Source: Candidatus Cloacimonadota bacterium (GTDB lineage: Bacteria; Cloacimonadota; Cloacimonadia; Cloacimonadales; Cloacimonadaceae). Taken from it: a stretch of 64,000 nucleotides of DNA. The DNA lies in NCBI GenBank assembly GCA_035363155.1, contig DAOSEN010000002.1:209700-273699 (forward strand), read 5' to 3'. The notes below the pieces were generated by a model that was not told where the DNA came from, searched no databases, and saw only the letters and a list, made by a program, of their open reading frames with translations. This document shows positions 1 through 7,616 of the stretch, in pieces. A program made the translations under genes and the position numbers. Every line of letters begins with the position of its first letter. Positions within the stretch are counted from its first letter, which is position 1.

Positions 1-1
1 G

Positions 2-844
2 CGCTGGATCTTTACTCCCCACAATCGCAAGCTCTGGCATGCAGCCTATCAATCTTTAGACCGCAAGAAATACTATGCTCTGGCCTGCAATGCGGTTTCC
101 AGCGCTCATATCCAGGATTGGCTCAGCGTGAAGATCATGAAAGAAAAGCGCATGATCCCTGCAGACGCCGTTTTTGTCCCCGGGCATTCAGCGGATTTTC
201 TGGAAGGCAGCCATTTACCTGAATCCTTTTTTAGAAGCCCCGAAATCTCCCAAGCCCAGCTCTACGAAGCCATCATCAGAAGGCATTACAGCCTCTGGAA
301 AGATCCCAGCTACCAGTATCAGGAGGGATATTTCCAGCGCATAGATTCCATCCTGAGCTCTCCTGACCAACTCAGCAACACCGAAGCAGCCAGCCTCTTT
401 GACCATTGGGATCATCGGGAACGGCAAGCGAAATTCATCATCAATTCTGTGCGTGCCTATGAGTTTTGGGATTTTTCCTGGCGCTTGCCGCTGTGGGATC
501 ATGAACTTGTGGATTTCTGGACGGGGATTCCCTTGTCCTACAAACACAAACGCAATCTCTGGCATAGCTATCAAACCTTGTATTTCCCCATGCAAATCCC
601 GGTATTCGATACTCCTCCATTGGTTCAGAGAGCAAGGGATAAATTCCTGCGCCCGGGCTGGGGCAATATCAACGACATCCGTTATGGCAGATTTGCCCCA
701 TTTCAGAATCCCATCCAATATGCCTCGGTCAAAGTGCAGAGTCTGCTGAATCAGGAGTTTGAATATCCAGCTTTTGTGAAGCCCGGCAAGCCTCTGCTCA
801 AATGCGACTTGAACGCCATTCAAGCCTTGATCTCGCTTTTGTAA
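2..844 (+). CDS. C-terminal part of an asparagine-synthase-like (AsnB-family) protein; the 5' end lies upstream of the window
   Basis: The frame of the listed 128..844 ORF stays open back to base 2 (RWIFTPHNRKLWHAAY...), so the listed Met is internal. The family call (VPGHSADFLEGSHLP, WDFSWRLPLWDHELVDFW) is from memory only. Confidence 0.4.
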   Translation, partial: RWIFTPHNRKLWHAAYQSLDRKKYYALACNAVSSAHIQDWLSVKIMKEKRMIPADAVFVPGHSADFLEGSHLPESFFRSPEISQAQLYEAIIRRHYSLWKDPSYQYQEGYFQRIDSILSSPDQLSNTEAASLFDHWDHRERQAKFIINSVRAYEFWDFSWRLPLWDHELVDFWTGIPLSYKHKRNLWHSYQTLYFPMQIPVFDTPPLVQRARDKFLRPGWGNINDIRYGRFAPFQNPIQYASVKVQSLLNQEFEYPAFVKPGKPLLKCDLNAIQALISLL

Positions 845-864
845 CCTGACCTGCACTACCACTG

Positions 865-911
865 CGCTATCAATACGGACAGGGTGCGTATTGGGTGCGT
901 ATTGATAGCGT
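865..911. repeat. REP-like palindrome, CGCTATCAATACG ... CGTATTGATAGCG, directly 3' of the preceding gene
   Basis: 13-bp perfect inverted arms at 865-877 and 899-911. A related palindrome built on the same GCTATCAATACG core is found at 47036-47098. Confidence 0.6.
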
Positions 912-1020
912 AATTGCAACAGGAGCGAAGCCGGGATTTCTCCGCCCGGTATGTACTATGTGGAAACCGTGCCTATGCCCCTGCTATCCCGTCAGCGCAC
1001 TATAACTCCTCAATGGTATA

Positions 1021-1049
1021 AGAAAAAAGCCACCCGTTTCCAGGTGGCT
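1021..1049 (-). terminator. Intrinsic terminator for the HU / small-peptide transcript
   Basis: On the minus strand the sequence reads AGCCACC-TGGAAAC(G)-GGTGGCT followed by TTTTTTCT. It lies 9 nt after the stop of the 30-aa ORF. Confidence 0.8.
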
Positions 1050-1057
1050 CACATCAA

Positions 1058-1150
1058 CTATTTATTCTTTTTATGACGATTCTTGCGCAGGCGTTTTTTC
1101 CGCTTGTGAGTAGCAATTTTATGGCGTTTTCTCTTCTTTCCACACGGCAT
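1058..1150 (-). CDS. 30-aa highly basic peptide (MPCGKKRKRHKIATHKRKKRLRKNRHKKNK), probably a small ribosome-associated protein
   Basis: ATG sits 9 nt after the HU stop codon and the ORF ends (TAG) just before a strong terminator. It is too short for the supplied ORF track. Its composition resembles the KRKRHK..THKRKKR peptides of the FCB group, which I recall being annotated as an AURKAIP1/COX24-domain or bS22-like family. Confidence 0.6.
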   Translation of the reverse strand: MPCGKKRKRHKIATHKRKKRLRKNRHKKNK

Positions 1151-1159
1151 AATGGGTTC

Positions 1160-1474
1160 CTACTTTTTGATCTTCAGATCTACAACGCTGGTCTTGAACT
1201 CGCGTGAAAATTTGAAGGTGGGAACTGTGCGTTCGGGAACTGGAACTTTCTCATCGGTTTTGGGATTGCGGCCAACGCGGGGTTTGCGGGTTTTGAGGCG
1301 GAATGTGCCAAAGCCACGGATTTCGATGTGGTTCCCTTCAGCGAGGATGTCTTTGATGCCCTGGAAGAGGGAATCTACTACTACTGCTACGTCTTTGCGA
1401 ATAATCCCGGTATTTTCCGAAATTACTTTTACCAGATCGGCTTTTGTCATTTGATACTCCTTGTTAAGATTCAT
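1160..1474 (-). CDS. hup: HU/IHF-family DNA-binding protein
   Basis: MTKADLVKVISENTG...IEIRGFGTF..KTRKPRVGRNPKTDEKVPVPERTVPTFKFS is a typical HU fold signature. The likely true start is the internal MTKADL at 1450. Confidence 0.9.
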   Translation of the reverse strand: MNLNKEYQMTKADLVKVISENTGIIRKDVAVVVDSLFQGIKDILAEGNHIEIRGFGTFRLKTRKPRVGRNPKTDEKVPVPERTVPTFKFSREFKTSVVDLKIKK

Positions 1475-1622
1475 GGATTTTATCTGAGTTATTTCAGTTC
1501 TAAACCAATAAGGTACTCAAAAATATGAGCTTAGTATTTATGTCAAGCGAAAACTCAGATTCTCTGTATTTTAGCTGCTCTGGAGGCTTTCGAACTGCCG
1601 GAGATTTTGTATTTGGCTGTCC

Positions 1623-1651
1623 TTGACAGAATTATGCCGATCAAATCCTTG
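1623..1651 (+). promoter_or_regulatory. Putative promoter: TTGACA, 20 nt, TTG (GATCAAATCCTTG)
   Basis: CCTTGACAGA...GATCAAATCCTTG lies 31 nt upstream of the MFS start. A nearly identical ~50-nt element sits upstream of rplU at the same distance. Confidence 0.4.
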
Positions 1652-1681
1652 ACTCTGTTCTTGATATGAGCGCAGATAAAT

Positions 1682-2950
1682 ATGAGATTCAAAAGCTTTA
1701 GCCCCGTCGAACGTCAAACCGCCAGCTTTCTACTGATTGCCGCCCTCTTCAATGGCATGGTACAAAGCCTGAGCCAAACGCAGGACATTATCGCCCGCAA
1801 GGCTTTGCACGCCCTGGATTGGCAATTGATGCTGATGACGATGATCTGGCCGATCTCAAATTTCTGCTCGATCTGGTTGGGACGAATCTTTGAAAAATCC
1901 TGCCACAAATCCCGCTACTTCCTGTTCGCAGGTATCTTTGGCCGGCTCACGCTGATCTATGCAGTCTGGCTGGGTACGATGAATGAATATCTGCTGCTCT
2001 TAACTCTGCTCTATTCTGCCAATTCCCTGCTGATCCCCGCTCAGAACAGCATCTACCAGAAGAACATCCATCAAAGCCGGCGCGCCAAGATCTATGGCTA
2101 TACCATCAGTCTGGGCATGCTGGTCTCGGTGAGTGTCACGTTTTTTGCTGGAAGGTTGCTGGATATTCATGAGCAGAGTTTTCGCTGGATCCTGGTGGCC
2201 ACAGGCTTTGCCGGATTCATCAGTTCTGCCATCCTCTCGCTGATCCGCATTCAGGAACCCCTCTCGGGCAGCGAATGTGTGAAGGAAAAGCTGGATTGGC
2301 GCAAGATCCTGCTCGATCCCATCCACCGCAGCCTGCATCTGCTCAAGGAAAATAAAGCCTTTGCCGCTTTTGAGCGCAGCTTCTCGATCTACGGGATGGG
2401 GTTTATCATGATGCAACCAATCATCCCTATCTATATGGTGGACAAACTCAATCTGAGCTATACAAACAATTTCCTCGCCAAAGGTGTGCTTTCCCAGATC
2501 GGACTGCTGCTGCTTTCCCCTATGATCGGAAAATTGCACGATCGTATGCACCCTTTCCGCTTTATCAGCGCCAGCTTTGCGCTTCTGATGGTATTCCCGA
2601 TTCTGTTTGTGATCTCCTCCCTATGGGCAGGCGAGCCTGTGGTCGCTGTCGTGATCGTATTTATCGCCTATACCATCTTTGGTGTGGCCATGGCCGGCAT
2701 CAATGTGGCGTGGAATATGTCCTCCATCTTCTTTGCCGGCAAGGACGACGCATCCATGTATCAAAGCGTACATGTCACCATGACCGGAATCCGTGGCATG
2801 ATCGCACCGGTATTGGGATTTGCGTTGCTCAAGCTGGTGGGACTTACTTCCGTATTTATAGTAGCGGCAGGATTTTTGGCCACTGCATCCCTGATCAGCC
2901 TCAGAGATTACAAGCGCCTGGGCAGGAAACAAGTAGAACTAATTCCTTGA
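1682..2950 (+). CDS. MFS-type transporter
   Basis: 422 aa with about 12 hydrophobic segments in two halves, separated by a charged loop (IRIQEPLSGSECVKEKLDWRK). Confidence 0.7.
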   Translation: MRFKSFSPVERQTASFLLIAALFNGMVQSLSQTQDIIARKALHALDWQLMLMTMIWPISNFCSIWLGRIFEKSCHKSRYFLFAGIFGRLTLIYAVWLGTMNEYLLLLTLLYSANSLLIPAQNSIYQKNIHQSRRAKIYGYTISLGMLVSVSVTFFAGRLLDIHEQSFRWILVATGFAGFISSAILSLIRIQEPLSGSECVKEKLDWRKILLDPIHRSLHLLKENKAFAAFERSFSIYGMGFIMMQPIIPIYMVDKLNLSYTNNFLAKGVLSQIGLLLLSPMIGKLHDRMHPFRFISASFALLMVFPILFVISSLWAGEPVVAVVIVFIAYTIFGVAMAGINVAWNMSSIFFAGKDDASMYQSVHVTMTGIRGMIAPVLGFALLKLVGLTSVFIVAAGFLATASLISLRDYKRLGRKQVELIP

Positions 2951-3003
2951 CAGCAAACATATCTACTCCCAATCTACACTCATTAGGATGAAAAGAGGGA
3001 TAG

Positions 3004-4101
3004 ATGAAGAAAAGACTGCTCATTGCCACCGGTGGAGGCGATTGCCCGGGCTTGAATGCCGTGATCCGGGCCATCGTAAAACGCGCCTCGCATGAACATA
3101 ATTGGGAGATTTTGGGTTCTATTGACGCTTTTGATGGGATCCTGCGCGACCCCATGCATCTGGTGGAACTTACTCCGGAAAAAGTATCTGGCATCCATGT
3201 AATGGGCGGCACCATCATCGGCACCACAAACAAAGGTGGTCCCTTCGCCTGGCCTGTGAAACAAGCCAATGGCACCTGGACTACCGTGGATCGCTCCCAG
3301 GACTTCATGGACCGCCTGCGCTACCAAAATATCGAAGCCGTGATCAATATCGGCGGAGACGGTTCTCAGCGCATCTCCCAAGCCCTGTATGAACTCGGCT
3401 GCCCCGTGATCGGGGTGCCCAAAACCATCGACAATGACCTCTCGGATACAGACTTCACCTTCGGGTTCCAGACCGCTGTGGATGTAGCCACCGATGCTGT
3501 GGACAAGCTGGTTACCACTGCCGCCAGCCATCATCGCGTCCTGATTCTGGAAGTGATGGGACGCTATGCAGGCTGGATTGCCCTTCATGCTGCCATTGCC
3601 GGAGGGGCGGAAGTATGCCTGATTCCGGAGATTCCTTACGACATCAATAAAGTGATGGAAGCCATCAATCAACGCATCGACAATGGCCGCGGCTTTGCCA
3701 ATATCGTCATCGCTGAAGGCGCTATGCCCATTGCCGGGGATATGGCTTACAGTGAAAATGATACTCCCGGAGCCATGAAAATCCGCCTGGGCGGAGCTGG
3801 CTTGAGGCTCTCTCAGGAGCTCAAGGATGCTGGCTGCACCATCGAAATCCGCGAGACCATCCTGGGGCATCTGCAACGTGGCGGCACTCCCAATGCCTTC
3901 GATCGCATCCTGGCTTCCATGTTTGGCGTGAAAGCCTTTGAACTGGTCTTGCAGGAGAAATGGGGGCACATGGTGGCCTACCGTCATCCCGATATTGTGG
4001 CTGTACCCATCAGCGAAGCCATCAAAGCATACAACCTTGTAAATCCCCAGGGCAATCTGATCCGTACCGCCCGGGGACTGGGAATTTCACTGGGAGATTA
4101 A
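3004..4101 (+). CDS. pfkA: 6-phosphofructokinase
   Basis: Motifs seen: GGGDCPGLNAVIRA, NIGGDGSQ, PKTIDNDL, MGRYAGWIAL. The Gly in GGDGS combined with Lys in PKTIDND is the mixed signature seen in the actinomycete-type ATP/PPi PFK clade. Confidence 0.85.
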   Translation: MKKRLLIATGGGDCPGLNAVIRAIVKRASHEHNWEILGSIDAFDGILRDPMHLVELTPEKVSGIHVMGGTIIGTTNKGGPFAWPVKQANGTWTTVDRSQDFMDRLRYQNIEAVINIGGDGSQRISQALYELGCPVIGVPKTIDNDLSDTDFTFGFQTAVDVATDAVDKLVTTAASHHRVLILEVMGRYAGWIALHAAIAGGAEVCLIPEIPYDINKVMEAINQRIDNGRGFANIVIAEGAMPIAGDMAYSENDTPGAMKIRLGGAGLRLSQELKDAGCTIEIRETILGHLQRGGTPNAFDRILASMFGVKAFELVLQEKWGHMVAYRHPDIVAVPISEAIKAYNLVNPQGNLIRTARGLGISLGD

Positions 4102-4111
4102 GGAGGAAAAA

Positions 4112-6448
4112 GTGAATAGAAAAGCGATCCTGGGTATCCTGATCCTGTTAATATGTATCAGCCCAGTCTTCGCAGCTCGCAGGGCACTGATCATCGGCAA
4201 TGCCGCATATTCCGACAAACCGCTTAGGAATCCGGTGAATGATGCCACATTGATGTACCAGACTCTGCAAAACGTAGGCTTCAACGCCACTCTGAAGACC
4301 AATGTCAACGTGGTGGAATTTGAACGTGCCATCATCGACTTTGCTCAGGGGATCAATTCCAATGATGAGATTTTCTTTTATTACAGCGGTCATGGCATCC
4401 AGATCGAGGGAGAAAACTATCTCCTGCCCGTGGGTGAGGATTTCATCGATATCACCTCAGCCCGACGCCGCAGTATTGCACTTTCCAGTGACGTAATGAA
4501 ACGCCTGGAGCGTGCCAAAATGCAGATCATCGTATTGGACGCCTGTCGGGACAACCCTTTCACGGCTTACAAATCGGCCGCCCGGGGTTTGGCTCAACCC
4601 CCTTCCAGCGAGAACAAGGATTTTTTTGTGATCTATGCCACCGATGCCAATAACGTGGCAGAGGACGGGATCGGTAAAAACAGCGATTTCACCCGCATCC
4701 TGAGCGAGAAGATTCTGACTCCGGGATTGGAACTTACCGCCATTGCCCGCAACGTCTATCGTGAAGTAAACAGCTTGAACAGCAACCAACGCCCGGACTG
4801 GAAATCCCGATATGGGGATGAGTTCTATTTTCAAGCGCCAAAACCGGTGGCTCCCTCAGTTCTGACCCCAATTCCACAGGCTCCGGTGCTCCAGGAAACC
4901 CCTCCACAGATAATGCAAACACCTGAGCCGGTGGTAGTGCCAAGCCCGCCTCCTGTTACTCAACAACAGACTCCACCTGCTCCTGTTGCGCAGCCTCAAA
5001 CTCCTCCAGTGCAGATGCAGCAGCCGGTGACTCCAGTCAATCCTTCTGCACAAACTACACAATCCCCTGCTCCAATTGTGACTCAGGAAGTGGCGCCGCA
5101 GCAATTGGCATTGCTTCCTGATTCCAAACCCCCGCTCATTGATCCCATCCAGCCCCTGCCTGCTAGCCCCTATGTCCCGCTGGCTCAGGAAAAGCAAACG
5201 CACAGGATCAGGATGCTTTACGGCTCTAAAGTGGAATATAGTTCGCTGTTTATCAATCACAAAGATTCCATGGCCTACGATCTGTATGAAAAGGGCAGTA
5301 ACAACCTGGCCTATTCAGAGAACTACGTAGCGGCAAAATACCGGCAGCTATATCTGAAGGCTATGTTTGACAATCAGATACATGGGGGCAGCAAGTTTAC
5401 TGATAATTACATCATTGGCATGGAGATGCAACTCCCCTTGTACATTTTAAATCTGAAGGGAGCATACAATGTAGTACTTGATAGTGATTACAGGCAGTTT
5501 TACATTGGATTGAATAAGAGGTTCTCCCTCTGGGGCATTCACAATAGCTTGAGTGTTAATACTGGGGGAAGCACATCTAATGAATACAAATATGTACGGG
5601 ATTTTGTACATCAGGAACCGCCTGGTTCGTACAACATGAATTCATATCTTTATGAAAAAGAATCAATGTATACATACGCTTCAACTAATGATGGATGGGG
5701 TCTATCATTTTCGGCAGAGTTTAGCAACAGGAAATCAGCAAATTTTACCCATGGTTACATGCATAATGGAATACCGCAGGCTCTGTTAAAGGATTTTGAT
5801 GCTGGTTCATTCTATCTGAGGTTAAGCAGAATAGAAGCATACTCGAGCCTAGATAGACGGGACGTCTCGGTAACCTATCATGGTAATGCAGCATACAAAG
5901 GGCTTGAGTATAGCGATTATAAATATAGCTTCAAAGGTCTGCTCTGCATCAAACCTATGCCTAAAATGGAATGTCAGTTTAGCTATAGCTCAGGTAAAGA
6001 TGATGTGTACAATATCGTTACAATGCGGAATGCTGTTGAATATGCGCTTTTTGATATCCAAGGGACAGACTTAGACTCAAGACCCAAAGTTTTTGATCTA
6101 TCCGCAAGTTACTGCATCCCGATATCCAACAAAATCACTCTGATACCCGATTTAGGCATTGAGCACACTACAGATAAATATCGGAAAAGCACGCTAATTC
6201 CTATTTACTACTACGGCTATGTCAGTCATAATTGGAGTTATCGTTACGAAGGGAAATTCAAAACTCTGGCTCTGCCTTTCAACCTCTTGATTGAATACCG
6301 CCCCATCCCTCAGCTTGCCATTCATGCCAAAGCCAGGGGGGTACACGTTGCCAAGGAGTTTGATGCTACAGGGGATAGCAATGTCGAATCATTTAAACGC
6401 TCTGACACCTTGTTTGGAGCCTCCGTAGGGCTGTGTTTCGAATATTGA
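4112..6448 (+). CDS. Secreted caspase-family (peptidase C14) protein with a Pro/Gln-rich linker and a C-terminal beta-barrel-like domain
   Basis: GTG start preceded by AAGGAGG, followed by a signal peptide. The caspase His and Cys contexts are YYSGHGIQ and IIVLDACRDNPF. A roughly 100-aa P/Q-rich linker follows. The ~400-aa Tyr/Ser/Asn-rich C-terminal part ends in an aromatic residue (..GLCFEY). Confidence 0.75.
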   Translation: MNRKAILGILILLICISPVFAARRALIIGNAAYSDKPLRNPVNDATLMYQTLQNVGFNATLKTNVNVVEFERAIIDFAQGINSNDEIFFYYSGHGIQIEGENYLLPVGEDFIDITSARRRSIALSSDVMKRLERAKMQIIVLDACRDNPFTAYKSAARGLAQPPSSENKDFFVIYATDANNVAEDGIGKNSDFTRILSEKILTPGLELTAIARNVYREVNSLNSNQRPDWKSRYGDEFYFQAPKPVAPSVLTPIPQAPVLQETPPQIMQTPEPVVVPSPPPVTQQQTPPAPVAQPQTPPVQMQQPVTPVNPSAQTTQSPAPIVTQEVAPQQLALLPDSKPPLIDPIQPLPASPYVPLAQEKQTHRIRMLYGSKVEYSSLFINHKDSMAYDLYEKGSNNLAYSENYVAAKYRQLYLKAMFDNQIHGGSKFTDNYIIGMEMQLPLYILNLKGAYNVVLDSDYRQFYIGLNKRFSLWGIHNSLSVNTGGSTSNEYKYVRDFVHQEPPGSYNMNSYLYEKESMYTYASTNDGWGLSFSAEFSNRKSANFTHGYMHNGIPQALLKDFDAGSFYLRLSRIEAYSSLDRRDVSVTYHGNAAYKGLEYSDYKYSFKGLLCIKPMPKMECQFSYSSGKDDVYNIVTMRNAVEYALFDIQGTDLDSRPKVFDLSASYCIPISNKITLIPDLGIEHTTDKYRKSTLIPIYYYGYVSHNWSYRYEGKFKTLALPFNLLIEYRPIPQLAIHAKARGVHVAKEFDATGDSNVESFKRSDTLFGASVGLCFEY

Positions 6449-6481
6449 GAAAGTGTGAACCATACAACCCACTGCTCCCAG

Positions 6482-6593
6482 GTGGAGCACCTGCCGGTGC
6501 TGTGGGAAGCAAAAGCTTCCCACCCCTGGCGTTGGGGAACACTGAGGTCAGGGACGGCAAGCTTCCGCTTGCCGTGGCGAACGCAGTTCGCAG
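6482..6593. repeat. REP cluster upstream of the RAYT gene
   Basis: Four hairpins in a row: AGCACC-tgcc-GGTGCT, GGGAAGC-aaaa-GCTTCCC, ACGGCAAGC-ttcc-GCTTGCCGT and GCGAAC-gca-GTTCGC. The same first and last modules recur at 7241-7508. Confidence 0.8.
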
Positions 6594-6623
6594 TATCACG
6601 TATAAACCAACAGGGATGATCTT

Positions 6624-7220
6624 GTGAGCGAAGCTGACTACATTGTAGAAAATCATCGCAATCTTCTGCCGCATAAACAGGAGAAAAGCAGCATCACGTT
6701 TATTACCTGGCGGTTGGCATTCACGGTTCCGGCTGAAATCAGAAGTCATCTGAAAGAGCACAATGGTGAACCAGATGGATACTACCTGAAGTATCTGGAG
6801 AAAGATTCCGAGCTTGGCAGCATTCCGGCCCCGGATTTTTCCCTGAATGATCCAGATATCTCCAAGATTATTACTGGGAGTCTGCTGCATGGCAGTGACC
6901 GATTCTACGAATTGCATGCCTATTGTATCATGTCAAATCATGTGCATATTCTCATCCGTGCTCTGAACAATGCCGATGGAAAACGTTTCCAGATCAGCAA
7001 GATAATGCAAAGGATAAAAGGGTTTACAGGTATGCAGATCAACAAAATGAGAGGAACGCAGGGACAAGTGTGGGATCATGTGTACTTTGACCGTAATATC
7101 CGCAACTATGATGACTATTGCCGTGTCGTGGAATACATTCTGAACAACCCCGTAAAGGCGGGGTTGGTTAGTCATCACTCGCAGTGGAAAGATAGCTACT
7201 ATCACGACTATGAGGTATGA
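6624..7220 (+). CDS. REP-associated tyrosine transposase (RAYT; IS200/IS605-like Y1 HUH transposase)
   Basis: NLLPHKQEK..ITFITWR, the HUH motif SNHVHILI, and C-terminal YDDYCRVVEYILNNPVKAGLV. The gene is bracketed by REP-type hairpin clusters. It uses a GTG start. Confidence 0.8.
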   Translation: MSEADYIVENHRNLLPHKQEKSSITFITWRLAFTVPAEIRSHLKEHNGEPDGYYLKYLEKDSELGSIPAPDFSLNDPDISKIITGSLLHGSDRFYELHAYCIMSNHVHILIRALNNADGKRFQISKIMQRIKGFTGMQINKMRGTQGQVWDHVYFDRNIRNYDDYCRVVEYILNNPVKAGLVSHHSQWKDSYYHDYEV

Positions 7221-7240
7221 TATAGAGCCCATATTGGGCT

Positions 7241-7508
7241 GTGGAGCACCTGCCGGTGCTGTGGGAAGCAGAAGCTTCCCACCCCTGGAGGCGGGTGCGT
7301 TAAAACCCATATGGGAAGCAGAAGCTTCCCATCCCTGGAGTTGGGTGCGATGAAACCCATATGGAAAGCAGAGGCTACCCATCCATGGAGTCAAGGGACA
7401 CCGGGAGTCAAGGTGCTGTGGGATGCAGAAGCTCCACACCTATGGAGGCATTGAGCATAGGATCAGGGACGGCAAGCTTCCGCTTGCCGTTGCGAACGCA
7501 GTTCGCAG
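7241..7508. repeat. REP cluster (BIME-like) downstream of the RAYT gene
   Basis: It begins and ends with the same modules as 6482-6593. In between are three or more ~43-bp units built on GGGAAGC-aga-GCTTCCC...CCTGGAG..GGGTGCG..AAACCCATA. Confidence 0.8.
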
Positions 7509-7616
7509 GAGAGAATAATCAGCAGATCACCGATGTCTCAGGAATACCTTTGCTTTTACCGATATGCTACTTATACTGTATTTAAGTGATTTAAAAATAA
7601 CACAGGGAGGCGAGAT

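Noticed and set aside
6393-7585. Track ORFs 6393..6917(-), 6433..6627(+), 6933..7439(-) and 7361..7585(+)
   Set aside because: They run through REP hairpin clusters or lie antisense to the RAYT gene. Their repetitive Gly/Ala/Pro strings come from the palindromes.
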